A DNA stretch of 64,000 nucleotides from Oculina patagonica (Eukaryota): assembly GCF_052425735.1 (NCBI RefSeq), contig NC_135763.1, positions 33,666,001 to 33,730,000 on the forward strand. Reading direction: 5' to 3'. Below are positions 1-11,060 of the stretch, piece after piece. A program made the position numbers and the translations under genes. Below the pieces are notes generated by a model. That model ran no database searches. It saw only the letters and a program-made list of their open reading frames with translations, and was not told the origin of the DNA. How positions within the stretch are numbered: position 1 is the first letter of the stretch; every line of letters begins with the position of its first letter.

Positions 1-481
1 GTTGATTCGGCGGGACCGCACTAACTCCAACTCGGCTACTTCTGGTTCGATTTGCCCTCAATTCATTCACTATCGACGGTTTCGAGCTCCTATTTCGAAC
101 TTTTTGGGACGGTTCGGAATATTAAACGACCAAGCGCGCGTTGTTACAGCAGAGATGAGTAGCCGGCACGCTGGCTTCGACCATAGTACAACACTCGAGA
201 GTGCGGCCCGCTTGAGCAATTTTATTCTCGAGGAATCATTCAAGCGACAAGCTCATTATTTTTCTCGACTCGAGACTCGATCCTCGAGACTCGAAACTCG
301 AAATTTTCGAGTTTCGAGGATCGAGTCTCGAGTCTCTAGGATCGAGGCTCGAGGGACTGTCAACTTACATTTGAGCGGTACTGTACATTCAAGCTAGTCA
401 AGCAAGTGGTCCACAAAACTGCATAGCGAAACCCCCTGTCCCCCAGGGTGTCGTGAGACTGGAATGTCACATGTTGATGTA

Positions 482-807
482 CCGTAAAATTCCGGTTATA
501 AGCCCTGGGCTTAAACAACTTCGTAAGGGGTTTTGGGTGGGCTTACAAGTGGAGGGGCTTATATCCAGGAGGGCTTAAAAGTGGAATAAAAAAAAAACGT
601 TTCGAAATGAGCCATGGGAGTGTTGATCAAGATACGTTTTTAGGTTAAAAATGCATAAAAAACAGCATTTAGCCCTGTTCAGTACTGTCATCTGGCAGAA
701 GGGGGCTTATATCTGGTATCTGGGGGGCTTATAACCATACGTATTTTTTGTTTCCGGTTAGATGGGCCTATAACCGGGGGGGGGGGGTTATAACTGGAAT
801 TTTAAGG
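482..807. mobile_element. MITE, TA-flanked (Tc1/mariner-like)
   Basis: Imperfect TIRs CCGTAAAATTCCGGTTATAAGCCC ... GGGGTTATAACTGGAATTTTAAGG with TA on both sides; internal GGGGCTTATA repeats. Confidence 0.65.
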
Positions 808-854
808 TACATGTATTAGATTTTCCCTTCTCCGATAATTCACAATGAACCAAC

Positions 855-3800
855 CATTTGACACAAATGTAAAGCACTCTTCCTTTGTCATGCCAGCTTT
901 AAAAGTTGCATCACAATGACCATAGATATAAGTACTTCCAGATCCTGAAAATGAGCAAAAACACATTGTTAAACTAAAATTTTGCTCCCACAAAAGATTC
1001 AGCTAATGGCATTTTTCTATGGTATACATGTTGCTTGTCCTACATGTACATTTTAACCTTTCTTGTGTAAAAGGTGAATGTAACAAAATTTCTCACCCAT
1101 TGCACATTACCATTCCCAAGTGTATTATTGAGTATTATTTACAAGCAAAAGGTATTGTTTGATTGGTGGAATAAACACAGGCCAACAAGTGTGATTTTAT
1201 CTTCCTTCGGAGCGTCATGACAAGAATTGCTTCTTCGCTTCTGCAAGGTATGAAAAAGGGTTTGAAAAAATGTTTGCAAAGGGTTTGAAACGTTCTCAAA
1301 CAGGGTTTGTTGGGTGAACAGATCGCATTTGTTTTTCCTGAACGGCTGACTCAAACCACTCGCACGGATGAGCAATTTTTTCTGAACAGATGACCTTTGC
1401 CGCTCACACAGATGGAATTTTTGTCGGAACGGATGACTCAAGCCGCTCGCACGGATGGCAATTTCTCCTGAACAGATGACCTTATCTGTTCCCACAGATG
1501 GAAATTTTTTCGAAACAGATTATGAACAGCTTGTGCACGGTTTTCCGTTAAAAAATGGAAAACCTTTAAGTGTACGTTTTCACTTGAGAGGTCACATATA
1601 AGCCACAGAATTTTTGTTTTAAAAAAAAAAACACGAGAAAAAGTCCATATACTTGTAGAAGCAGGTGTAGCCAAGTGCATCTCATAAAAAATCTAATACA
1701 GTTCACTGTTTACCTCCTATGGCAAATGGCTGTCTCACACACATTCCACCCAGAGGAATTGAGAAAACCTGTAATGGAGATAATGGAAAACATTAAAATG
1801 TTTTTTTAAATACATATTATTAATTATTAATATATATTATCACTATAATAAAAGCAGACTGCCAATGAACAGACCACATTAGACATATACAGTACCACCA
1901 AGTACAACGTCTACAATTACATGTAAAGCTACCTGATGCATAAAAGTTAGGGTTGAACTGAGAGAAAACATGACGTTATTTTGAAATTACATGTAGCATC
2001 CCACAAATACAATAAACGTACAGTGTACACACCCATCAAACATGAAACTTAATTTTTACAATGATTATACATGTATTTTACATTTCTTTGTTACATAGAC
2101 AGCTTCGTAAGTGGGCAATTTGAACCCTTCAAAATCCCATGCTGTGATTGGCTACCTGGTTAACTTATAATAAAAACAATGCCACCCTACCTGTCCGCCT
2201 CCTCTCTTGTCCCAGCCTGCACAGATAATTCCAGCTGTCATTTGATCACGGTTTGCATAGCAAATCTCACGAAACACATTTGCTACTGTTTTTACAAGTG
2301 GTTGCTCTCCCATTTCAATGCTAAAGAAAATTAACAAATCAGTTAAAGCTCACTTTTATCAATAATGCATGATTGATGAATAGTCCAGGGCTGCAAATAA
2401 TCTTTTGCACTTGAAAGGACATATCTCCTACTAAGACATTATCTTGATCAGACAAAACAAAAAAATTATTGTGGTCGGACAGATTTTTATTCATCGTCGC
2501 CATAAATGATTTTATACCAAAAAATTGTCCCGACATCATGCCCATCCACACTTCGGATTTCATTGGACATGAGCAAATTATGGTTGGCCAATGTCCAATG
2601 ACCAACTATTATTTGCAGCCCTGATAGTCTAATAAACATTTGTGATTCATGATTTGAAGGAAAATAGGGTTGTGATTCATGATTGGGACTAGGGCTGCAA
2701 CGATACATTTTTTCACAATACGATATGTACCTTGATACAAGTGCCACGATACAATACACTATACGATACAGCATTACATACAAATGACAAGTAAGGTAAG
2801 GTAAAGTCTGTGTCCAAGCCAAGAGGCCCATACAGCCGGAGCTTATCCCGGTTTCCGTAGCATTAAGTGTCTAGGAGTATTGCTACTCCCCCCTGGATGG
2901 GATGCTAGTCCATCGTAGGGTTACCCCCCAGCAGTGATTCGCCGGTACCCATTTATACACCTGGGTGGAGAGAGGCACTGTGAGAGTAAAGCGTCTTGCC
3001 CAAGAACACAACGCAGCGCCCTGGCCAGGCCTCGAACCCGAGCCGTTCGACTCAGAGTCGAGCGTGCTAACCATTAGGCCACCGCGCCTCCACACACAAA
3101 TGACAAGTGCCATAAGTTTACTAAAAAACTTTTTTGCAAAGAAAAATTCTCAAAAACTGCATGTTTTTGCTTGTGGGCACACAAGGCTGTGCCAGTCGAC
3201 AACGACTTGTCACATCTTGAAAGAATAAGTGATCAGAAGTGAAGTAGAATGGAACTTCCTTGTCTCTCAGTTAATAAATCGCTATTGAAAGCTTTGACTT
3301 AGGTAAAAAGTCATTAAAAATTAGTAATTTCTAAATGTTGATGAAGAATATTTGATTGTTTCACAAGACTGCGATATTTTGTTCAAATACCGATATCCGT
3401 ATCTTGAAAAAAAAATATATCGCGATTCACCGGTGCACTGGTGTATCGTTGCAGCCCTAATTGGGACCCAACTTTCCCACCTTGTGGGTTGAGACATTTG
3501 GGTTTAAGACTGACTACATTTGGGTTCAAGACTGTCTGCGATCATTGCATTGTGTGCTTCTCTTCCACATGCTTTTTCCTCCACCCAGTAGTATAACGGG
3601 TCCCAGTGGATTGTAAAGGCAACCCCATAAAATAGTGGGGTGAAATCTGCAATGGACGTAACTCTAGATGTAGCATCTCATCCCCATAGGAAGTAGTTAT
3701 ACTGCTAGGTGGTTCATTTTATAGAAACAGGAGTTCCAATGACCTTCCCACTAAAATTATTGCCTTAGTTTACAATAAATTACTGTACTTCTAATATTAT

Positions 3801-6800
3801 TATTTGGTAAAAATTAATTAGGGTGGAATCCCAATTTCTCAAACTGTCAACTTCTTGAACCTCAAGATATATGTAATTGAATGAAAAGTCCTTTTCCTTG
3901 AATTCTTTTTTTCAGTCAAACATTACAATTGAACTCCCAATTTCTCTATTAAGGTATCAGCCACCGTTAAAAGGTGCAGTTTTTCTAAATTTGAGATTTT
4001 GTGATGTTCAGATAAAGCTCTTCAAGGGCGTTCTTTTACAAAAAAGTTCACAAAAAAATCTTATTTCTGCGCGAAGTTATTGCGCGATAAAGTTTTTGCA
4101 AGGTTAATTATGTTAATTGCCCGTTGAGATGTCCTGTCAACGCGTCACGAAATCCCAGATCCATTGTTCACGCAAGAACATATTTGCAAGAACAAGCGGT
4201 AAGCGCCGAATGCGGGCAGTCGGTTTCCGCGCCAGCAAATGAAAGCCGATCGTAAATTCATGTTGAAGAACCGGTTGAAGATCTAGAAAGTGGTCACACT
4301 GAATAGAATAGAAGACGCGCTACTGTTCAATGGAAACAGACACGCATAAATATTGAAATAAAACGACAGTGACGGTGGATACGGCCTGCCTTGTGAAACA
4401 TTTAGGGTTTACAATCGACGATATTTGTTGTCTGAAAATATGTAAGCCTTAAATCAAATTTATTCTTACCCAGCTAGAACTACTAGTCTCATTTCGGCAA
4501 GCCTGTTTTCTTTTGTGTTGACCGAACGTTATTTCGAGGCTTCACCTTCACTTTCAGCTGCAATCGCCGTTTGTTACCGGCTTTGTCGCGCTTTCGATGA
4601 ATCAGTACCACCAAACTCGAAGCATGTCAAATCATATAACATAAATGCGGCTCCGTATGTGGAGCGAAAATTTTGAATTTTCTATAAACTGTATAAACCT
4701 CGATTTGTATCCGGTCAGAAGATAAAAATATATCGCCACGTTCCGCGCAAATGTTTTGCCTGCTGAATGTAACCTGTCAAGCATCTATTGTTAGAGAAGG
4801 ATGACCCTTTCTGGTAAGCATCAACCTTGACGTTCCAGGCGTTATAATCCCATTATGGGTAAGACTCCGCAAAAAATATATTTCGCTTTTTTCTCGGAAA
4901 GAAAATTTCGACAAGTTGAACGTACGTTTTTAACTCCAAGTCGGCAGCCCCTGAACCGATTTGGCTGAAATTTGGCCAGCTTATTGCCAGATAGTTTTTC
5001 TCCGAAACCGTGTCTGCGATTTTTGTTTTCTTTTCTCGTTTTCGAATAATTTATATTTTTCCACAGGAAGTGGCGATGATTCGTCTCCCCTAACTTCATC
5101 TGCGCATTACAAAAGAACAAACGCACTTGTCAAAAAACTGAGACACGGTTTTTTAGAGAAAGGTGTTAAGAGGCAAACGCGATGTTTTTCGTTTTCTTCC
5201 GCTTAATTTCGGCGGGCCCGGAGCGTGATTTACACAGACATATACTTTCGCAAAAACGTCTCAATTTTGCGTTTGTTTTAAGTTTTTGTCATTTTTAAAG
5301 GAATAATTCATAATCTGGAACTATTAAGCTTTCAGAAAATGTGTGGTTTGTAGGGGTTTGTATTAAAAACAAAAGCGCTGGAGCGATCCGGGCGCGGACG
5401 GTCCTGAAGGGTGGCTGATACCTTAACCCTTTCACCGCACTAAACCGGAAAACCGGGATTCCGTTTTCCCACTGGAACGTAAACCACTTTTCCGGGAATT
5501 TGACCGCTTAAGATTTGAGATCAGAGATCTAGAAACTAGGCTCCTAGAGGGGGGTCTAATATATTGTAAATTGAAAGCACATGGTCAGACTTCAAAATGG
5601 CGTCCTTGAATTGTGAAGTGAAAGAAAAGAACTTGATAAAAACATGAAGTGAAGACGCGCGAATCAACATTTTCCGCCATATTTTGATTGACTAAGAAGA
5701 TGCTCTTTCTAAGAGTTAGAATTTTGAGGCCAGTTTTAAAACTTGGAAGGAATTATTTTCACAATTTGTCAATGGTGAATGGCTCGAGTTATTGAAGACC
5801 TCTTTGAACCTCGGATGCCAGGATCAAAGCCGTATGGACTCAAACTGTCCTACCGTTTTATTACAGTCACGTTTTCCGTGCGGTTGAACAATGCGGTAAG
5901 AGTTGTACAAACTTTCCATTAATTTTCCGCTCTTTTTTGAATGAAATAAATGTTCTAATTTATCACGATGTTTTTGTCTTGGATTTTCTTGCTTGTGTTG
6001 TAATTTTTGGAATACAAAAGCCTATTTGAAGTGCACAAACCCTGTTTAAAAAATCAAATCATGCTATTTTAGACGGAAAGTTTGACTTAGCTAGAAATTC
6101 ACCGTTTGGGAGGTTTTGTGTGCTGGAAATAAAATGGTGAAAGGGTTAAAGACTAACTCATGATTTTTAAAATCAATTTTCCCTTCCCTTCAGTTGGTGT
6201 TTCGAAAAATCAAGATTCCACTGTATAAGTAGTTACCCAAGAAAGTTTAAATGATATTTAGCAACATCCGCTATGGCCTGAGTAGCAGCTGCAGATCCTG
6301 AACGACAGCAGAACACTCTGTCTGTTACTGGTGTCAGCTTGTCTGTCACTCGGTTAGCAATGTAAGACCTGGCAAGTCAGGAAACAAACAGTTATAGTTG
6401 GTTAAAATGGTTTGACGCCAGGAAATTTAATAGTCAGCTCGTTTGTAGACTGCTTTTCTTCCTTCAAAAAAGTGACACAACTTGTGAAAAATTAATCATT
6501 TTTGCATGCTTTTCTTAGCTCAATCTCAAAATTTAAAAACATTTACTGTTTGACGATGGCTGTATGGGCTGTTTCCTTTGTACATCATAAGTATATAATC
6601 TTATCTTTTTTATATCAACTTTTTAAAGATTATTATTCAATTATTACATTTTTAGATCAGCTACAGTATCACTAGACAATTACAGGTACATGTAGATTAG
6701 TATGTTTAGTATTAGATTTTATATTATTATTTGTAATTTTAATAATTTAAGATTCTTTTTAACTGTCTTTATAGTATTAATCTATAAAGCGTCCCCAAAT

Positions 6801-7228
6801 TAGTATGGGATTTTTCCAAGCTATGTGGTTTTTGACACATCAATCAATAGTAGTTTTAATACGCGTATTCATTCTAGATATTTAGCCTTTGTAAGGGTTT
6901 TTCTAGCCTTCACTGCATTTCAATCGATCTACCTGACCAACTCATTAACAGTTCGTAAACCGAAAAACAAAATAAAACCACTTACCCGGTCGTAGTTCGT
7001 GAATCAGCACCGATTACCACGCCGCCATTGAACTCGACAGCCATAATTGTCGTCTAAAAACACGCCATAAATTAGATTATATTCCTACAGGAAAGGCCTT
7101 AAAACAAAAATGAAAAATATTTTACTTACTCCTGTTCTGTGTTCTGCTGTTAGCCAGTCTGGATAATCGTCAGAAGCCATGGTTTGTTCGCGATGACTTA
7201 GCATTCCTGGTGGAAGCACGGCCGCCAT
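855..7228 (-). CDS. PSMB6: Proteasome subunit beta type-6 (beta1, caspase-like); 6 exons in window, last exon(s) beyond position 1
   Basis: GT-AG exons, phase-consistent: 7228-7130, 7053-6986, 6368-6237, 2320-2191, 1768-1714, 944-855. Translation: propeptide ...EHRTG / [34 protein letters not shown]...CCRSGSAA...[11 protein letters not shown]...[14 protein letters not shown]. Thr1, Asp17 and Lys33 are present; T20/T31/R45 indicate constitutive beta1. Confidence 0.95.
2690..3459. mobile_element. hAT-type MITE containing a nested SINE
   Basis: TIR TAGGGCTGCAACGATAC / GTATCGTTGCAGCCCTA; 8-bp TSD ATTGGGAC at 2682-2689 and 3460-3467. Confidence 0.85.
2793..3095 (-). mobile_element. tRNA-derived SINE
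   Basis: Minus-strand head with A box TGGCCTAATGG and B box GGTTCGAGGCC; (CCTTA)n tail; 13-bp TSD ACAAATGACAAGT at 2780-2792 and 3096-3108. Confidence 0.85.
3953..5422. mobile_element. Non-autonomous TTAA-target DNA transposon (Kolobok-like, GG...CC ends)
   Basis: TTAA|GGTATCAGCCACC ... GGTGGCTGATACC|TTAA; no transposase ORF. Confidence 0.7.
5427..6145. mobile_element. Non-autonomous piggyBac-like element
   Basis: TTAA|CCCTTTCACC ... GGTGAAAGGG|TTAA; shares the TTAA at 5423-5426 with the preceding element. Confidence 0.75.
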
Positions 7229-8656
7229 GATGAATTTTTTACAACCTCGTTTCAGTGTGCTGTCTTATGTTCGGTTCATTGGAGTCCAGATCACCCGCAA
7301 AAGTTGAATAGCGCGCATTGGATTCTGGATGATGGGTTAGCTTGGGTCATTCGCTCCCCGATCCCGGGCGCTTCTGACATGATGGACAGACCTTTATTTT
7401 TTTTTAGCGGGGAGGTGGGGAGTTTGGCGATTTTTTTCTAGGCTAGATATTTTGTTGACCTTCAGGAGGTGCAAGAATTTTTTTGAAATATTTTTCTTTC
7501 TTTTTCCGCATGGCTTCACTTACATGCCTTTTTGTTCAGCCGTTTTTTCTGTGCAGGACTTTTTTATTGGTAATTGATTTTATGAATCGAAAGTACGACA
7601 CTGTTGCGACAATAGTCTCATTGTTCGGCATCCGTTTAAATGCAGTAAAGAATAATGAAACTGGATGTAAATAAACAAGGAAAAGGCACGGCTCTTGTCA
7701 ATACATCAAATAAGTTTTTTTTTTTCTTTAGTGCATGGTAAAGTTAGCTTGTGAACGCGTTCTTTGACCTGCTGTTTGTAAAAACACGTTAAACAATGTG
7801 ACAATTTACTTTCGGAAGCTTTATTAACGGCTAAAAATATCTTGAATGATGAGCTTAAATTTTTTAAAATGCCAGCAGAGATCTGTCGGTTATATGCATT
7901 CATTCTAACTTAGTGTTGAGAACCAAACCATTGTAGGGTCACAAAAGCAGGTAAAAACTCATTTTTTTCGTTTTTTTCAATTCTTCGAGAACGATGAATT
8001 ATGATAATCTCGTGCAAAAAGGGAAAAAACATATTTCAGTTGAAAGCAAATTTGGCTTGGAAATCACAGTCATTTACTGGTAAATGAGGATAGTTTAACA
8101 CCAGTTATGGCCATTATTTCAGTTAATCCATGACAATTTTTTAGACAAATCATTAGCAGAAGGTATACTGAACATTTCCAGGCAATAAGCACATTTATTG
8201 ACGCTCTAGCCAGCAAGTCTAATTTAATTGCTACACTAATTGCATGCGGTCATTCATTTGTGGGTGGATACTACGTGATCAAAATCGAATTTCTCCTGAG
8301 AATATCAATACATTGTCAAACATACTGGTTATGAGAATAAAGAAATTCATCAACATGGAGATATTCTCTTGATGATCCAGCAAATTCTTGGAACTAAGAC
8401 TTAAAGAATTATGTGACAATTAGTACAACGCTCGGCAGCATTGAGATTACATGTAATTAGAAAGTCGCTTGACATCATTAACAAGTTTAAGTAAACGTAG
8501 CAATGCCGTCCCCTTTCACTAATAACATGTCTTTTAATAATAGGTTGGCAAAAATTGCGCTCATTACAGACCAAACTGTTTTTCTTGAAGTAAGGACGAG
8601 AAGCGTTGCACAAGAGCGCAAGAACGAACGACAAACACCGGAGCGTTTGACTAGCG

Positions 8657-9607
8657 ATGGAAAACTCTACCAGTCTCCCAAGCATCAGCACAGCAACACC
8701 AACGCTACAAGAGTGGTGCGACACACAGTCACACCAAGGCCAGTTGCCAGCATTCATAACGTGCTCATCGGTTTTTAACGCCGTCGTCAACTCGCTTCTT
8801 TCTCTTGTGACAGTAAGTGGAAACATTCTGATATTGCTGTCTCTCAAAAAGACGTCTCGAGTGCACGCAGCATCGAAAGCTCTGTATTGCAGTCTGGCCG
8901 TGTCGGATCTTGGTGTTGGCTTGTTTGTCCAGCCAGCGTATGTTGGCAGCCTCGTAATCGGAGGCGCAAAACCAGAGATATGCAGGCTTTTAGGAACCAT
9001 CATACATGTTGCTGGAGTCATCTCGGTCGGCATTTCCCTGCAGATTCTTTCAGTAATCAGTGTAGACCGAGTCCTCGCTATTCGCCTGAAAATGCGATAC
9101 AAGGAAGTAGCCACAATCTTCCGCACACGTCTGGTGTTGGTTGCTTGTTGGTTCTTCAGCACTTTTCACGCTCTGATGCTGTTTGTGAGCGCGGCATTTT
9201 TCACGCTCTTCCAGATCCTCGGCATCATAATGTGTATTGACGTATCCACCGTGTCTTATGTCGTTATCTTTCACACTCTACGACGTCTCCAAAGACAAGT
9301 CCAGAATTACGGACCCGGGGAAGAGGCATCGCAAAACACTTTCAACATAAAACGATGTAAGAAATCCGTTTCCACTGCACTGTGGGTGTATGCCTCTCTT
9401 CTGGCCTCTTACCTTCCTTTTATGTTCTCAGTTGCTGTTCAGATGTCTGTGAGCAGGAATTTAACGTTTATCGCAGTGCAGTGGTATACAGTAACCCTAA
9501 TCTACATGAACTCTGCCTTGAATCCCATTTTGTACTGTTGGAAGATTCCGGAAGTAAGTGAGTCTGTAAAAGAAATTATCAAAGGATATTGTTGTTGTCG
9601 CAAGTAG
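8657..9607 (+). CDS. Class A (rhodopsin-like) GPCR, adenosine/melanocortin-receptor-like orphan, single coding exon
   Basis: 316-aa ORF with 7 hydrophobic segments and motifs GN (TM1), SLAVSD (TM2), SVDRV (TM3), YLP (TM6), NSALNPILY (TM7). Confidence 0.92.
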   Translation: MENSTSLPSISTATPTLQEWCDTQSHQGQLPAFITCSSVFNAVVNSLLSLVTVSGNILILLSLKKTSRVHAASKALYCSLAVSDLGVGLFVQPAYVGSLVIGGAKPEICRLLGTIIHVAGVISVGISLQILSVISVDRVLAIRLKMRYKEVATIFRTRLVLVACWFFSTFHALMLFVSAAFFTLFQILGIIMCIDVSTVSYVVIFHTLRRLQRQVQNYGPGEEASQNTFNIKRCKKSVSTALWVYASLLASYLPFMFSVAVQMSVSRNLTFIAVQWYTVTLIYMNSALNPILYCWKIPEVSESVKEIIKGYCCCRK

Positions 9608-10060
9608 GCCCTTTTCGATTATGCTAGCATTTTTTTCGGCATTTTTTGGGAAACGAGCATTTTTTTTTTCGTTTTTTCTTGTAAATGAATTGCTAGCATT
9701 TTCTGTTATTTTTTATGACTGTGATCCAGATTTCAGCACTCAGAACTCAGAAGGATAAATAATCCTAAAGTTTCCCAATTTTGATTACCTAATTCGATTG
9801 GTTACTTGTCTGTGTGTTTTTTTTTTTTAATTTAAATATTTGTTTTATGTTTTTATTATTTTTTTATAAACAAACAATTATTAAGTATCGCCTAATGTAA
9901 GAATTTGCACGTTTTGTTTGAAACAAAACAAAGCATTTTTTGGAATTTAAGTGGCATTTTTTAAAGAAATCAAGCATTATTTTAGCATTTTTTTGGCTTT
10001 ATGCAAGAATTTCTAGTAGCATTAAATGCCAGTTTTACTAGCATAATCGAGAAAGGCCTA
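9605..10060. mobile_element. hAT-type MITE inserted at the GPCR stop codon
   Basis: TIR TAGGCCCTTTTCGATTATGCTAG / CTAGCATAATCGAGAAAGGCCTA; 8-bp TSD GTCGCAAG at 9597-9604 and 10061-10068. Confidence 0.9.
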
Positions 10061-10639
10061 GTCGCAAGTAGGTACTGAAACTAAGTCTCGCTTTGTAATA
10101 TAACCAGTCCAACAGTACATACACATATATAGACATACTGTTCGTCTTACACCTGTAGTTTTATTTAAAACCTTCCGAAAACCTTCAATCTAAACATATT
10201 GAAATAGAAAAATTCCATGTGTGACTGTTAAAATTCGAATTTAAAGGAAAAATTTTAAGAGAAATTTGCTGATGACAAATTAAATCTGTGACAGCTTTAT
10301 GTCAGTTTCTATCAGTGTAAAACGCGGTTAGACATGTGACGAACTTGAGTCATTTGTCTGGTTTGCATAAAAGCAAATCAAAACTGCTATGAAAAAAAGA
10401 ACTCGGTATTGCAATATAACGTGCAAAACCAGTATTAACTGGCACATCCAAGTAAAGATATGTAACCTGTGACATATCAGGCGCTTTTTTAAAGTAGGGA
10501 AGAAGGACATTAGAGCAGGCTAGTAGATATGTAGGGTCAATACTCAACTTGCAATTGGAGCACTCCGCTATCAGTGTTGTTCTATGTTGTTTTCGGTTTC
10601 TGAATTCAAAAGGTGATTTTCTCGTCAACAATCAGCTAG

Positions 10640-11060
10640 GCAAAGCATATAAGAGGCTTTCCTGTTCCCAGCATGAAGCAAATTTATACAGTACATATAA
10701 CCGGCTATAAAATTCATTTGTTTCCCCTAGTAAATAGTATGATAAAATTGCATCTTTCTAGTAATCGCTCAATTCAATCAGCAAAATGCAAAGCATATAA
10801 GAGCGGCTTTCCTGTTCCCAACATGAGGCAAATTTATTCAACTCATATCCTTCCCAAACGGAATGGTCGGAATGTAAAACTTTTTCGTTTTCCTCTGGTA
10901 ATAAAATTGTGATAAAATTGCACCTTTCGAGTAATCGCTCAATTCGATTAACAAAATGCAAAGCATAAGATCGGCTTTCTGTCTTGTTCCCAGCACGAAG
11001 CAAGTTTTACAACCTACATCCTGCCCATATGGAAAATAAAATTGCACCTTTCGACTAAAC
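10640..11060. repeat. Degenerate tandem repeat, about 3 units of 130-180 bp
   Basis: Recurring CAAAGCATATAAGAG(C)GGCTTTCCTGTTCCCA and GATAAAATTGCA(T/C)CTTTC blocks. Confidence 0.6.

Noticed and set aside
2-397. 131-aa ORF
   Set aside because: No recognisable domain; the 3' half is a CTCGA-repeat element, and it lies antisense within the PSMB6 locus.
3020-3095. tRNA gene
   Set aside because: The A/B boxes belong to a SINE head with body, tail and 13-bp TSD.
855-7228. Immunoproteasome PSMB9 / proto-MHC interpretation
   Set aside because: T20, T31 and R45 are constitutive beta1 residues; no other MHC-region markers are seen.
8401-9162. 253-aa minus-strand ORF (and similar shadow ORFs at 36711-37382, 39680-40099)
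   Set aside because: Antisense shadows of real coding exons, with no motifs of their own.
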